A stretch of DNA of 62,618 bases from Solirubrobacteraceae bacterium (GCA_035706585.1 DASSUW010000451.1:1-62618); one strand, 5' to 3'; counted from the first letter of the stretch, positions 43,260 through 55,734 are shown. Notes: generated from the sequence alone by a model not told the origin. Translations and numbers: made by a program.

Positions 43260-45377
43260 GGTGAGCTCGGAGACCGGCAGCTCGAGCGCTCCGGCGATCG
43301 CGAGCGCGGCGCCGCCGACCGCGCCGATCACGCGCGCGGCGGCGCCGAACGCGGACATCGCCTCGCGCGGGCCGGAGACGAGGAACGCTCCCGGCCCTTC
43401 CGCGAACAGCAGCAGGTCGCCGACGTCCACGCGCGCGCCGAGACCGCCGGCGATGCAGCACTCGGCGAGCGCAACCGCGACCCCACCCTCGGCGATGTCG
43501 TGCGCGCTGCGCAGCGCGCCGGAGCGCACGGCCTGGCGGACCGCGGCATGCAGCGCCTTCAGCGCCCCCAGGTCGGCGGACGGGAGTGCGCCCTCCAGCG
43601 CGTCGCCGCGCAGCTTCGCCAGCTCGGAGCCGACCTCGCTGGGGCGCCAGGAGGCGCTGATCAGCGCGACCGCGTCACCCTCGACCGAGAAGCCGAGCCG
43701 GCCGGAGCGCGCCGGGTCGGGTAGCTCGCCGACCATGCCGACCACCGGCGTCGGATAGATCGGCCCGCCGCCGCCCTCGTTGTAGAGCGACACGTTGCCG
43801 CCGACGACCGGCACGCCGAGCGCGCGGCACGCATCGCCGAGGCCGGCGACCGCACGCGTGAGCTGCCACGCGATGTGCGGCTTCTCGGGATTGCCGAAGT
43901 TCAGGCAGTTCGTGAGGCCGAGCGGCTCGGCGCCGACGCACGCCAGGTTCGCGCTGCACTCGAGCACGGCCTCGACGGCGCCGCGGTAGGGGTCGACCGC
44001 GACGCGGCGGCCGTTGCCGTCGATCGACACCGCGATCGCGCCGCCGTGATCGAGCACCAGCACCGCCGCGTCGGCCTGCTCGGGCCGCCGGACGGTGCGC
44101 GAGCCGACGACGCAGTCGTACTGCTCGAACGCCCACCGGCGTGACGCCAGGTTGGCCGATCCCAGGAGGGCGAGCAGGGCGTCGCCCGGCGCGAGATCGC
44201 CGGCGATCGCCGGCGGCGGCGCCGGGTAGATCGCCCGGCTGGGCTCGAGCGGCTCGAGCTCGTACGTCGGGCACTCGTCGACCAGCGCGTCCACCGGCAG
44301 ATCGCCGACCAGCGTCTCGCCGTCGAACACCCGCAGCCGCCCGCTGCCCGTGACCTCGCCGATCGCGGTCGCGTTGACCTCCCACTTCCGGCACACGGCG
44401 AGCACCGCGTCGAGCCGCTCCGGCTCGACCACGCACAGCATCCGCTCCTGCGACTCGGAGATCTTGATCTCGAACGGCTCCATGTCGGCCTCGCGCAGGG
44501 GAACCTGCCGCACGTCGAGGTCGATCCCGACGCCGCCCTTCGCCGCCATCTCCGCCGACGATGACGTCAGGCCCGCCGCGCCGAGGTCCTGCAGCGCCAC
44601 CAGCAGGCCGGCCTCGAGCAGCTCGAGCGAGCACTCGAGCAGCTTGCTCTCCTCGAACGGGTCGCCGATCTGCACGGTCGGGCGCTTGGCCGCGTCCTCG
44701 TCGCCGAGCTCCGCCGACGCCAGCACCGACGCGCCGCCGATCCCGTCGCGCCCGGTCCGCGCCCCGAACAGCACGACCACGTTGCCGACGCCGGCGGCGG
44801 CGGACCGGATCAGCTTGCCGGTCTCGATCAGCCCGACGCACATCGCGTTGACCAGGCAGTTCTGCTCGTACGGGCCCTCGAAGTAGATCTCGCCGCCGAC
44901 CGTCGCGACGCCGATCGAGTTGCCGTAGTGCCCGATGCCGCCGACCGCGTGCTCGAGCAGGTAGCGCGAGCGCGGCGACGACAGCTCGCCGAACCGCAGC
45001 GAGTCGAGGATCGCGATCGGCCGCGCGCCGATCGCGAACACGTCGCGCAGGATGCCGCCGACGCCGGTCGCCGCCCCCTGGAACGGCTCGACGGCGCTCG
45101 GGTGGTTGTGCGACTCGACCTTGAACGCGCACGCCATCCCGCCGCCGACGTCGACCGCGCCGGCGTTCTCGCCCGGGCCGAGCACGAGCCGGGCGCCCTC
45201 GGTCGGCAGCGTCCTCAGCAACGGCCGGGAGTGCTTGTAACCGCAGTGCTCGGACCACATCAGCGAGAAGACCGCGAGCTCGACCTCGTTCGGGTCGCGC
45301 CCCAGCTTGCCGACGATCAGCTCGTACTCGGCGTCGGTGAGCCCGAGCTCGCGATGACGCGGCGACGACACGGTCAC
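43224..45377 (-). CDS. purL: FGAM synthase subunit II
   Basis: LMWSEHCGYKHS, KVESHNHPSAVEP. GTG 45377 overlaps the purQ stop (GTGA). 717 aa. Confidence 0.9.
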   Translation of the reverse strand: MTVSSPRHRELGLTDAEYELIVGKLGRDPNEVELAVFSLMWSEHCGYKHSRPLLRTLPTEGARLVLGPGENAGAVDVGGGMACAFKVESHNHPSAVEPFQGAATGVGGILRDVFAIGARPIAILDSLRFGELSSPRSRYLLEHAVGGIGHYGNSIGVATVGGEIYFEGPYEQNCLVNAMCVGLIETGKLIRSAAAGVGNVVVLFGARTGRDGIGGASVLASAELGDEDAAKRPTVQIGDPFEESKLLECSLELLEAGLLVALQDLGAAGLTSSSAEMAAKGGVGIDLDVRQVPLREADMEPFEIKISESQERMLCVVEPERLDAVLAVCRKWEVNATAIGEVTGSGRLRVFDGETLVGDLPVDALVDECPTYELEPLEPSRAIYPAPPPAIAGDLAPGDALLALLGSANLASRRWAFEQYDCVVGSRTVRRPEQADAAVLVLDHGGAIAVSIDGNGRRVAVDPYRGAVEAVLECSANLACVGAEPLGLTNCLNFGNPEKPHIAWQLTRAVAGLGDACRALGVPVVGGNVSLYNEGGGGPIYPTPVVGMVGELPDPARSGRLGFSVEGDAVALISASWRPSEVGSELAKLRGDALEGALPSADLGALKALHAAVRQAVRSGALRSAHDIAEGGVAVALAECCIAGGLGARVDVGDLLLFAEGPGAFLVSGPREAMSAFGAAARVIGAVGGAALAIAGALELPVSELTRVHADGLARLL

Positions 45378-46009
45378 ACCGGACCGCCGATCAGCGCCAG
45401 CCCGTCGACCGATCCGGTCAGCACGTCGACCGCGTGCTCGGGATGCGGCATCAGGCCCATCACGTTGCCGCCCGCGTTGCAGACGCCCGCGATGTCGCGG
45501 GCCGAGCCGTTGAAGTTGTGCCCGGGCGCGTAGCGCAGCACGATCTGCTCCTCCGGCAGGTCGTCGGGCGCCCAGTAGCGGCCGCTCATGTGCTTGGCCG
45601 GGATCGACAGGATCTGGCCGGCCTCGCACGCGCGCGTCCACGGGATCGACGCGTTGACGACCTCGATGTCGACCTGCCGGCAGACGAAGCGCAGCGACGT
45701 GTTGGGCAGCAGCGCGCCCGGGAGCAGGCCCGCCTCGCACAGGACCTGGAACCCGTTGCAGATCCCCAGCACGAGCCCGCCGTCGCGCGCAAACCGCTCG
45801 ACCTCCGCCATCACGGGAGAGAACCGCGCGATCGCGCCGGCGCGCAGATAGTCCCCGTACGAGAAGCCGCCCGGGACGATCACCGCGTCGACCCCCTTGA
45901 GGTCGTGGTCGGCGTGCCACAGCAGCTCGGCGTCCCCGACCCGGCGTGCCGCCGCCAGCGCGTCGCGCTCGTCGCACGAGCCCGGAAATTGCACGACGCC
46001 GAATCGCAC
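45374..46009 (-). CDS. purQ: FGAM synthase glutamine amidotransferase subunit
   Basis: VVQFPGSCDE, GICNGFQVL, MPHPEHA. GTG 46009. Confidence 0.85.
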   Translation of the reverse strand: MRFGVVQFPGSCDERDALAAARRVGDAELLWHADHDLKGVDAVIVPGGFSYGDYLRAGAIARFSPVMAEVERFARDGGLVLGICNGFQVLCEAGLLPGALLPNTSLRFVCRQVDIEVVNASIPWTRACEAGQILSIPAKHMSGRYWAPDDLPEEQIVLRYAPGHNFNGSARDIAGVCNAGGNVMGLMPHPEHAVDVLTGSVDGLALIGGPV

Positions 46010-46014
46010 GATGC

Positions 46015-46257
46015 CTAGCCGCCGAGATGGGCCGGAGTCGCGGGCTGGATCTCGTAGTCCTCGATCAGCGGGTTCGCGAGCAGCCGCTCGCACATCTCCC
46101 CGACCTGCGACGGGTCGTCGACGTCGAGCTCCACCAGCCGGCCGACGTGCACGTTCTCGACGCCGCCGAAGCCGAGCGCCGGCAGCGCCCGCTCGACGGC
46201 CTGGCCCTGCGGGTCCAGGATCCCGGCCTTGGGCCGGATCAGGACCCGCACCCTCAA
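46015..46257 (-). CDS. purS: FGAM synthase subunit PurS
   Basis: MRVRVLIRPKAGILDPQGQAVERAL. 80 aa. TTG 46257 overlaps the purC stop (TTGA). Confidence 0.8.
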   Translation of the reverse strand: MRVRVLIRPKAGILDPQGQAVERALPALGFGGVENVHVGRLVELDVDDPSQVGEMCERLLANPLIEDYEIQPATPAHLGG

Positions 46258-47123
46258 GGCGCCGTCCGCTCGATCCACGCCGAGAACGGCTCGCCGGACA
46301 GCCGCTCGTACGCGGTCACGTACCGCTCGCGCGTCTGCGCCACCACGTCGTCGGGGATCGCTGGCGCCGGCGGCGCCTTGTCCCAGCCGGTGCCCGACGC
46401 CCAGTCGCGCACGTACTGCTTGTCGAAGCTCGGCTGCCCGCGGCCGACCTCGTACTGGTCGGCCGGCCAGAAGCGCGACGAGTCGGGCGTGCACACCTCG
46501 TCGCCGAGCACGAGCTCGTCGCCGGCGTCGAGCCCGAACTCGAACTTCGTGTCGGCGAGGATGATCCCGCGCTGCCGCGCGTGCTCGGCGACCGCCTGGT
46601 AGACCGCGATCGACACGTCGCGCAGCCGCTCGCCGAGCTCGCGCGAGCCGGCCAGCGCGGACGCCTCGTCGAAGTCGATCGCCTCGTCGTGGCCGACCTC
46701 GGCCTTCGTCGACGGCGTGAAGATCGGCTCCGGCAGCTGCTCGGACTCCTGCAGGCCCGGCGGCAGCTCGATGCCCGAGACGCGGCCGGTCGCCTGATAG
46801 TCCTTCCATCCCGAGCCGGTGATGTAGCCGCGCACGACGCACTCCACCGGCAGCATGTCCAGGCGCTTGACCCGCATGCCGCGGCCGCGGAACTCGTCCG
46901 GAACCCCGTCGGTCACCGAGAGCATGTGGTTGGGGACGATGTCGCGCGTGAGGTCGAACCACAGCACGGACAGCGCCGTCAGCACCTTCCCCTTGTCCGG
47001 GATCGGGGTCGGGTGCACGACGTCGTAGGTGGAGATGCGGTCGGAGGCCACCATCAGCAGGTCGTCGCCGAGGTCGTAGAGCTCGCGGACCTTGCCGGAG
47101 GCCAGCAGGGTGAGGCCGGTCAC
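46254..47123 (-). CDS. purC: SAICAR synthetase
   Basis: LLASGKVRELYD, VASDRISTYD. GTG 47123 is preferred, with TAGCCT 7 nt upstream. A longer start at 47171 is possible. Confidence 0.9.
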   Translation of the reverse strand: MTGLTLLASGKVRELYDLGDDLLMVASDRISTYDVVHPTPIPDKGKVLTALSVLWFDLTRDIVPNHMLSVTDGVPDEFRGRGMRVKRLDMLPVECVVRGYITGSGWKDYQATGRVSGIELPPGLQESEQLPEPIFTPSTKAEVGHDEAIDFDEASALAGSRELGERLRDVSIAVYQAVAEHARQRGIILADTKFEFGLDAGDELVLGDEVCTPDSSRFWPADQYEVGRGQPSFDKQYVRDWASGTGWDKAPPAPAIPDDVVAQTRERYVTAYERLSGEPFSAWIERTAP

Positions 47124-47133
47124 GCGCCGGAGG

Positions 47134-47150
47134 CTAGCAACGGCTCCGGC
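47134..47150 (-). promoter_or_regulatory. 17-nt motif CTAGCAACGGCTCCGGC (copy 2), 10 nt upstream of the purC start
   Basis: Identical to 39778-39794. The coding strand reads GCCGGAGCCGTTGCTAGCCTCCGGCGC-GTG, and GCCGGAG/CTCCGGC can pair. Confidence 0.45.
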
Positions 47151-47206
47151 CGCGAAAACCGGGGACCACAAGCTTCCCGCAACGTGCGCATGCGAGTGTT
47201 GTCCGC

Positions 47207-47941
47207 ATGCTCCAGTTCGACGCCAAGCAAGCCAAGCAGGTCGAGTCCACGTACATGACGCCGGATGTGGTCGACCAGCGCCGCGCGACGCGTGCGCTGC
47301 TCGACCTGCGGCCCGGCGAGACGGTCCTCGACATCGGCTCGGGCCCGGGCTTCCTGGCCGACGAGATGGCCGCGGAGGTCGGGCCGGAGGGCGCCGTCCA
47401 CGGCGTCGACCCGAGCGAGAGCATGCTCGCGATCGCGCGCCGGCGCGAGACGCGTGTCGCGTACGCGACCGGCGACGCGCTCGCGCTGCCGTTCGCGGAC
47501 GAGACGTTCGACGCCGTCGTCTCGACCCAGGTGTACGAGTACGTGACCGACATGCCGGCGGCGCTGGCCGAAGCGCGCCGCGTGCTGCGCCCGGGCGGCC
47601 GCGTGCTCGTCCTCGACACCGACTGGGACGCGGTCGTGTGGCACTCGAACGATCGCGACCGGATGATGCGCGTGCTCGAGAAGTGGAACGACCACCTCGC
47701 CGATCCGTACCTGCCGCGCCGGCTCCCGCGGCTGCTGCGCGACGCCGGCTTCGAGCTCACCTCCACGACCGTGATCCCGATCGTCAATCAGGGCTCGCGG
47801 ACCGACACGCTGAGCCACGGCGTCATGCCGCTGATCGCCGACTTCGTCGACGACCAGGGGTGGAAGGACGACCTCCTCGCGATGGGCGAGGACTACTTCT
47901 TCAGCCTCAACCGGTACGTGTTCGTGGCCTACAGGTCGTAG
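47207..47941 (+). CDS. Class I SAM-dependent methyltransferase (Methyltransf_11-like)
   Basis: VLDIGSGPGFLADEMA, LPFADETFDAVVSTQVYEY, LRPGGRVLVLD. Confidence 0.8.
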   Translation: MLQFDAKQAKQVESTYMTPDVVDQRRATRALLDLRPGETVLDIGSGPGFLADEMAAEVGPEGAVHGVDPSESMLAIARRRETRVAYATGDALALPFADETFDAVVSTQVYEYVTDMPAALAEARRVLRPGGRVLVLDTDWDAVVWHSNDRDRMMRVLEKWNDHLADPYLPRRLPRLLRDAGFELTSTTVIPIVNQGSRTDTLSHGVMPLIADFVDDQGWKDDLLAMGEDYFFSLNRYVFVAYRS

Positions 47942-49029
47942 GGGAACCTCGTCAGCAGCTCGGCGCCGTCGTCGGTGACGAGGACGAGGTCCTCGAGGCG
48001 GACGCCGCCGAGGTCCTTGCGGTAGCACCCGGGCTCGAGCGTGATCACGTCGCCCGCGATCAGCGTGTCCGGCGTGCGGCCGAGGTTGGGCCGCTCATGC
48101 ACCTCCAGGCCGACGCCGTGGCCGAGCGAGTGGTAGTAGCCCTCGTCGAGCCTGGAGCCCGCCGGCTTGCTGCGTTGCGTCGGCAGCCCCGCGGCCTCGA
48201 ACGGCTCGCACGAGACGCCGTAGATCGCCTGGCCGTCGGCGCCGGCGCGGACGGCCGCGAACGAGGCCTCGAGCGACTCGCGCGTCAGCTCCCACCACCG
48301 CCGCAGCTCGCTCGGCGGCTCCACGCCGCCCGCCACGAACGTGCGCGTCATGTCGGCCCAGCAGCGCGAGGAGCGGTCGCGCGGCCAGATGTCGACGATC
48401 ACCGGTTCGCCCGCCGCGATCTCGCCGTGCCCGGCCTCGTGGCCGATCGCGCCCTGCGGGCCGTGGGAGACGATCGAGTCGTCGGGCAGGTCGCAGCCGT
48501 GCTCGTCGCAGACCGCCTGCATCGCCGCGCGCACCTGCTCGCTGGTCAGCCCCACGCGCAGCTCCCGGATCAGCGCCGCGCCGACCGCCATCGCCGCGTC
48601 GGCGGCCGCCTGGGCGCGGCGGATGCCGGCGAGCTCGGCCGCGGTCTTCGCGCGCCGGCGCGAGACGAACGCCTCCGGGTCGACGGTCAGCTCGATGCCG
48701 GCGCCGCGCAGATGGTCGGCGACGCCGACGGGGAAGTCGGACGGCACGCTCGCGCTGCGGACGCCGAAGCGCTCGCAGGCGCGCAGGCAGAGCTCGAGCT
48801 CCACCTGCTCGCGCGTGATGCCCTGCGCGAACAGCTCGTCCACGCCGAGGTCATAGGGGTCGACGATCTCGACGCCGTACGGCGAGACCTTGTGGGCGTC
48901 GAGCATCGTGACCGTGGCGCCGCGCCGCCCGTTGGACTCGATGTACAGGAACGGGTCGATGATCGGCGTCGGGATCGCGTGGAAGAGGTCCGGCGAGCCG
49001 TCGGGTGAGCCGTACAAGAGAAGAGTCAC
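47929..49029 (-). CDS. M24 family Xaa-Pro peptidase
   Basis: VIVDIWP..., YYHSLGHGVGLEVHERP, VITLEPG, GVRLEDLVLVT. GTG 49029 overlaps the purB stop (GTGA). Confidence 0.8.
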   Translation of the reverse strand: MTLLLYGSPDGSPDLFHAIPTPIIDPFLYIESNGRRGATVTMLDAHKVSPYGVEIVDPYDLGVDELFAQGITREQVELELCLRACERFGVRSASVPSDFPVGVADHLRGAGIELTVDPEAFVSRRRAKTAAELAGIRRAQAAADAAMAVGAALIRELRVGLTSEQVRAAMQAVCDEHGCDLPDDSIVSHGPQGAIGHEAGHGEIAAGEPVIVDIWPRDRSSRCWADMTRTFVAGGVEPPSELRRWWELTRESLEASFAAVRAGADGQAIYGVSCEPFEAAGLPTQRSKPAGSRLDEGYYHSLGHGVGLEVHERPNLGRTPDTLIAGDVITLEPGCYRKDLGGVRLEDLVLVTDDGAELLTRFPYDL

Positions 49030-50294
49030 AACGCCTCCAAACGACGTAGCACCTCGGGGACGAAGCGCACGTAGTGTCCGTAGTCGAAGACCGCGTCGAG
49101 ATCGATGTCGACGTCCGGTTCGCGCTCCAGCAATGTACGCAGCGGCGTGCGCGTGTCCCACGCCTCCTGCGCGAGCCGCTGCACGATCCGGTACGCGTCG
49201 TCGCGCTGCATCCCACCTTCGACGAGCGCCAGCAGGACCCGCTGGGAGAACAGCGCGCCGCTCGTGAGCTCGAGGTTGGCGGCCATGCGGTCGGCGTGCA
49301 CCACCATGCCGCGCGCGACCCGCAGCGCGAGCTGCTGCATGTAGTCGAGCAGGATCGTGGCGTCCGGCAGGATCACGCGCTCGGCGCCCGAGTGCGAGAT
49401 GTCGCGCTCGTGCCAGAGTGCCACGTTCTCGAGCCCGGCCTGCGCGTAGCCGCGCAGCACGCGGGCGAGGCCGCAGATGCGCTCGCTGACGATCGGGTTG
49501 CGCTTGTGGGGCATCGCGCTCGACCCCTTCTGGCCGGCGCGGAACGGCTCCTCGACCTCGCGCACCTCGGTGCGCTGCAGGTGGCGGATCTCCTGCGCGA
49601 AGCGCTCGAGCCCGGCGCCGGCGAGCGCGATCGCGCTCAGCAGCTCGGCGTGGCGATCGCGCGGCACGACCTGGGTGGAGACCGGCTCGGCCGCGAGCCC
49701 CAGCCGGTCCAGGACGCGGCGCTCGAAGTCCGGCCCGAGCGAGGCGTACGTGCCGACCGCGCCCGAGAGCGCGCCGTGCGCGGCCTGGGCGAACGCGGCG
49801 CGCAGGCGCTGCGCGTTGCGGTGCGCCTCCAGGGCGAAGCCCGCGAGCTTGAGACCGAACGACGTCGGCTCGGCGTGCACGCCGTGGGTGCGCCCGACGC
49901 ACAGCGCGCCGGCGTGCGCGCGCGCCTGGCCGGCCAGCGCGGCGGCGAGCTCGCGCGCGCCGGGGACGATCACGGCGCCCGCGCGCTTGAGCTGGAGCGC
50001 GAGCGCGGTGTCGAGCACGTCGGACGAGGTGAGGCCGAAGTGGATCCAGCGCCCGGCCGGTCCGGCCGACGCGCCCAGCACGTCGACGAACGCGGCGACG
50101 TCGTGGTCGGTGACCTGCTCGCGCTCCTTGACCGCCGCGACCGTGAACGTCGCGCCGCGGATCGCCGCCAGCTCCTCCTCGGTCGGCCCCTCGAGCCCTT
50201 CGGCGGCGGCGACCTCGACGTCCCGCCACGCGGTCATCCGGGCCTCGTCGGTCCAGATCTCGCCGAGCTCGGGGCGCGTGTAGCGCGCGATCAC
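49026..50294 (-). CDS. purB: Adenylosuccinate lyase
   Basis: [14 protein letters not shown]..., [14 protein letters not shown] 50294 overlaps the purE stop. Confidence 0.9.
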   Translation of the reverse strand: MIARYTRPELGEIWTDEARMTAWRDVEVAAAEGLEGPTEEELAAIRGATFTVAAVKEREQVTDHDVAAFVDVLGASAGPAGRWIHFGLTSSDVLDTALALQLKRAGAVIVPGARELAAALAGQARAHAGALCVGRTHGVHAEPTSFGLKLAGFALEAHRNAQRLRAAFAQAAHGALSGAVGTYASLGPDFERRVLDRLGLAAEPVSTQVVPRDRHAELLSAIALAGAGLERFAQEIRHLQRTEVREVEEPFRAGQKGSSAMPHKRNPIVSERICGLARVLRGYAQAGLENVALWHERDISHSGAERVILPDATILLDYMQQLALRVARGMVVHADRMAANLELTSGALFSQRVLLALVEGGMQRDDAYRIVQRLAQEAWDTRTPLRTLLEREPDVDIDLDAVFDYGHYVRFVPEVLRRLEAL

Positions 50295-50761
50295 GCGTCA
50301 AGTATGCGGGCGGCGAGCACGGCGGCGTTGCGCGCGTTGTCGACGCCGACGCAGGCGACCGGTACGCCGGGCGGCATCTGCGCGATCGACAGCAGCGCGT
50401 CGAGCCCGCCGGCGACCGACTTGGAGGACGTCAGCGGGACGCCGATCACCGGCAGCTGCGTGTGCGCGGCGACCACGCCCGGCAGCGCGGCGGACAGCCC
50501 GGCGCCGGCGATGATCACGCGCAGGCCGCGCAGCTTCGCGTTCTTGGCGTACTCGGCGACGGTCTCGGGATCGCGGTGCGCGGACATCACGCGCATCTCG
50601 TTGCGGATCCCGCGCTCGTCGAGCTCCTTGGCCGCGGCCTCCATCGCCGGCATGTCGCTCTTGGAGCCCATCACGATGCCGACGAGCGGAGCGTCGACCT
50701 CGAGGCCCTCGAACTCGGCCTCCACCCGCGCCTCGGCGACCGGGGCGTCTTCCTGGCTCAT
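50291..50761 (-). CDS. purE: N5-CAIR mutase / PurE
   Basis: [42 protein letters not shown] 50761 overlaps the purD stop (ATGA). Confidence 0.9.
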   Translation of the reverse strand: MSQEDAPVAEARVEAEFEGLEVDAPLVGIVMGSKSDMPAMEAAAKELDERGIRNEMRVMSAHRDPETVAEYAKNAKLRGLRVIIAGAGLSAALPGVVAAHTQLPVIGVPLTSSKSVAGGLDALLSIAQMPPGVPVACVGVDNARNAAVLAARILDA

Positions 50762-51972
50762 GCGGCGATGTCCCGGCGCAGCTGCCGGCCGTCGAAGCGG
50801 ATCACGTCCGCGGCAGCATACGCATGGTCCCGGGCGGCACGCGTGGTCTCCCCCAGCGCGGTCACGTTCAAGACGCGCCCGCCGGCCGTGACGATCTCGC
50901 CGGCGACCTCCGCGGTGCCGGCGTGCAGGACCTCGACTTCCTCGTCGGCGACCAGGTCGAGCCCGTGGATGACGTCGCCCTTCGACGACGTCTGCGGATA
51001 CCCGCGCGACGCGAGCACGACCGTCACCGCGCTGCGCGCGTCCCACTCGAGCACGGCGCCGCTCAGCCCGCCCGGCCGGGTCGCCCGCTGCAGCAGGTCG
51101 AGCAGGTCCGAGCGCAGCCGCGGCAGCACCGCCTGCGTCTCGGGATCGCCGAAGCGCACGTTGAACTCGAGCACCTTCGGGCCGTCCGCAGTGAGCATCA
51201 GCCCCGCGTACAGGACGCCGTGGAACGGCGTGCCGCGGCGGGCGAGCTCGTCCACGACGGGCTGGTGCACCTCGGCGCGGATCCGCTCCACGAACGCGTC
51301 GTCGACCTCCGGAACGGGCGAATAGCACCCCATGCCGCCCGTGTTGGGACCCGTGTCGCCGTCGCCGATGCGCTTGTAGTCGCGCGCCGGAGCCAGCGGG
51401 AGCGCGGTCTCGCCGTCGCAGATCGCGAGCAGCGACAGCTCGTCGCCGGCGAGGAACTCCTCCACGACGACCGGGGTGTCGCCGAAGCGCTTCTCGACGA
51501 GCATCGCGGTCAGCGCCTCGCGCGCCTGCGCCGCGTCGGCCGCGATCACGACGCCCTTGCCGGCCGCCAGGCCGTCGGCCTTGATGACGGCCGGAAAGCC
51601 GGCGATCGCCGCCATCCCGTCGTCGACCGACTCGACGACCGCGTAGCCGGCGGTCGGCACGCCCGCAGCCGCCATCACCTCCTTGGCGAACGCCTTCGAT
51701 CCCTCCAGCCGCGCGCTCGCCGCCTTCGGGCCGAAGCACGCGATGCCGGCGGTCGCGCACTCGTCGGCAAGGCCGGCGACGAGCGGCGCCTCGGGCCCGA
51801 CGACGACGAGATCCATGCCCGCGAACTCGCCCGCGGGCAGGATCGCGGCGTCCTGCGCGATGCCCGCGTTGCCCGGGGTCGCGAAGACCTCCGGCCGCTG
51901 CGGCGAGCGCTTGAGCGCGCGCACGATCGCGTGCTCGCGGCCGCCGCCGCCGACCACGAGGACGCGCGTCAC
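50758..51972 (-). CDS. purD: Phosphoribosylamine-glycine ligase
   Basis: [32 protein letters not shown] 51972 overlaps the GYD gene stop (GTGA). Confidence 0.9.
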   Translation of the reverse strand: MTRVLVVGGGGREHAIVRALKRSPQRPEVFATPGNAGIAQDAAILPAGEFAGMDLVVVGPEAPLVAGLADECATAGIACFGPKAASARLEGSKAFAKEVMAAAGVPTAGYAVVESVDDGMAAIAGFPAVIKADGLAAGKGVVIAADAAQAREALTAMLVEKRFGDTPVVVEEFLAGDELSLLAICDGETALPLAPARDYKRIGDGDTGPNTGGMGCYSPVPEVDDAFVERIRAEVHQPVVDELARRGTPFHGVLYAGLMLTADGPKVLEFNVRFGDPETQAVLPRLRSDLLDLLQRATRPGGLSGAVLEWDARSAVTVVLASRGYPQTSSKGDVIHGLDLVADEEVEVLHAGTAEVAGEIVTAGGRVLNVTALGETTRAARDHAYAAADVIRFDGRQLRRDIAA

Positions 51973-52250
51973 AGGGCGGCGATGAAGTCGTCGATCGGGA
52001 TCGCGGCGAGCGATTCGTAGTGGGCGGTGCCGCGCGAGCCGAGTTCGAGCGAGACGCGCGCCATCGTCTTCTCGTCCGGCGCCTCGACGATGTTCACGAA
52101 GTCGAAGTGGCCGAGCGTTGCCCACTGCGCCTTGACCGTGGCGCCGAGCTGCTCGACCTCCTTGTTCACCTCGCGAATTCGCGCCGGGTTGTTCTTGACG
52201 GTCTGTACGCCCTCGGGTGTGAGGGTTGAGAGCATGATGTAGGTCGGCAT
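51969..52250 (-). CDS. GYD domain protein (93 aa)
   Basis: [25 protein letters not shown]...[31 protein letters not shown], which is the GYD family pattern. Confidence 0.75.
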   Translation of the reverse strand: MPTYIMLSTLTPEGVQTVKNNPARIREVNKEVEQLGATVKAQWATLGHFDFVNIVEAPDEKTMARVSLELGSRGTAHYESLAAIPIDDFIAAL

Positions 52251-52293
52251 GAGGGCGTTGTATCCGATCCTTTCCGCCGTATGCGGTGTTGTC

Positions 52294-52948
52294 GTGAGCG
52301 TGCGCGCACTGCTCCTCACCGCTGCGCTGACGCTCGTCCTGGCCGCACCGGCGCAGGCGGCCGTCGTCATGGACCCGCTCAAGCCGTGCTACGTCTCCGA
52401 CGGCGACCTGCCCAACCAGCGCGAGACGATCCACGTGCACGCGACCGGGTTCACGCCGGTGTCGGGCGTGACGCTGACGCTCGACGGCGTCGCGGTCGCC
52501 CACGGCATATCGGACGCGTTCGGGGCGATCACGGCGGACGTGCCGGCGCCGTTCCAGGGGCAGGGTGAGCGCGACTTCCTGCTCGTCATCGTCGAGGACC
52601 AGAACCAGCAGAACACGGACAACGCGACCGCGCGGGTGACGAACCTCGGGGTCAGGCTGCGGCCGAAGCGGGCGCGGCCCTCGCGGCGGATCCGCTTCGT
52701 CGGGCGCGGGTTCACGCGCGACGCCCCGGTGTTCGGCCATTACCTGCACGGCGGCAAGGTGCGCAAGACCGTGCGCTTCAAGCGCCGGACCAAGCTGCCG
52801 TGCGGGGTCTTCCGCGCCAAGCGCCGGCAGATCCCGGTCAAGCGCCCCGGGACCGGCGAGTGGCTGCTGCAGGTCGACCAGCAGCGCCGCTATGCGGCGC
52901 TGCCGGCCTCCAACGCGCAGCGCGTGATCATCCGCGTCACGGAGACGT

Positions 52949-52962
<14 letters not shown>
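52294..52962 (+). CDS. Secreted hypothetical protein, basic C-terminal half
   Basis: Signal peptide [21 protein letters not shown] from GTG 52294. ORF start 52249 would overlap the divergent GYD start. Confidence 0.55.
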
Positions 52963-55468
<2,506 letters not shown>

Positions 55469-55474
55469 GTCCCT

Positions 55475-55526
55475 AAATCTCAGTCGGTTGGACTAAGATT
55501 TTAGCGTCACTGCTGGTGTTTGCGAA
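55475..55526 (-). promoter_or_regulatory. clpB promoter (-35 TTCGCA, 17 nt, -10 TAAAAT) with a HAIR-like inverted repeat AAATCTTAGTC-N5-GACTGAGATTT
   Basis: Read on the minus strand. The IR is 10/11 and contains CTTAGT-N7-ACTGAG, compared with the HspR consensus CTTGAGT-N7-ACTCAAG. hspR is encoded in this window. Confidence 0.5.
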
Positions 55527-55734
55527 GGCCGTCGCCGTCGGGCAGCAGCAGCGCGAAGGACTCGACCGCGCAGTACAGCGCCGCGATCAGGAACACGTAG
55601 GCGACGAGAGCCGGCACCAGGTTCGCGGATCCGAGCAGGACGAGCGTCAGGATGGGCCAGCGCAGCCGGGACCAGTTCAGCGGTGAGCGATCGGGTTCCG
55701 GCTCAGGTGGTGGCCAGCGGGCATCGACCAGCAT
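55507..55734 (-). CDS. Hypothetical 75-aa two-TM membrane protein
   Basis: MLVDARWPPPEPEPDRSPLNWSRLRWPILTLVLLGSANLVPALVAYVFLIAALYCAVESFALLL.... Moderate GC3 bias. Confidence 0.4.
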   Translation of the reverse strand: MLVDARWPPPEPEPDRSPLNWSRLRWPILTLVLLGSANLVPALVAYVFLIAALYCAVESFALLLPDGDGLRKHQQ

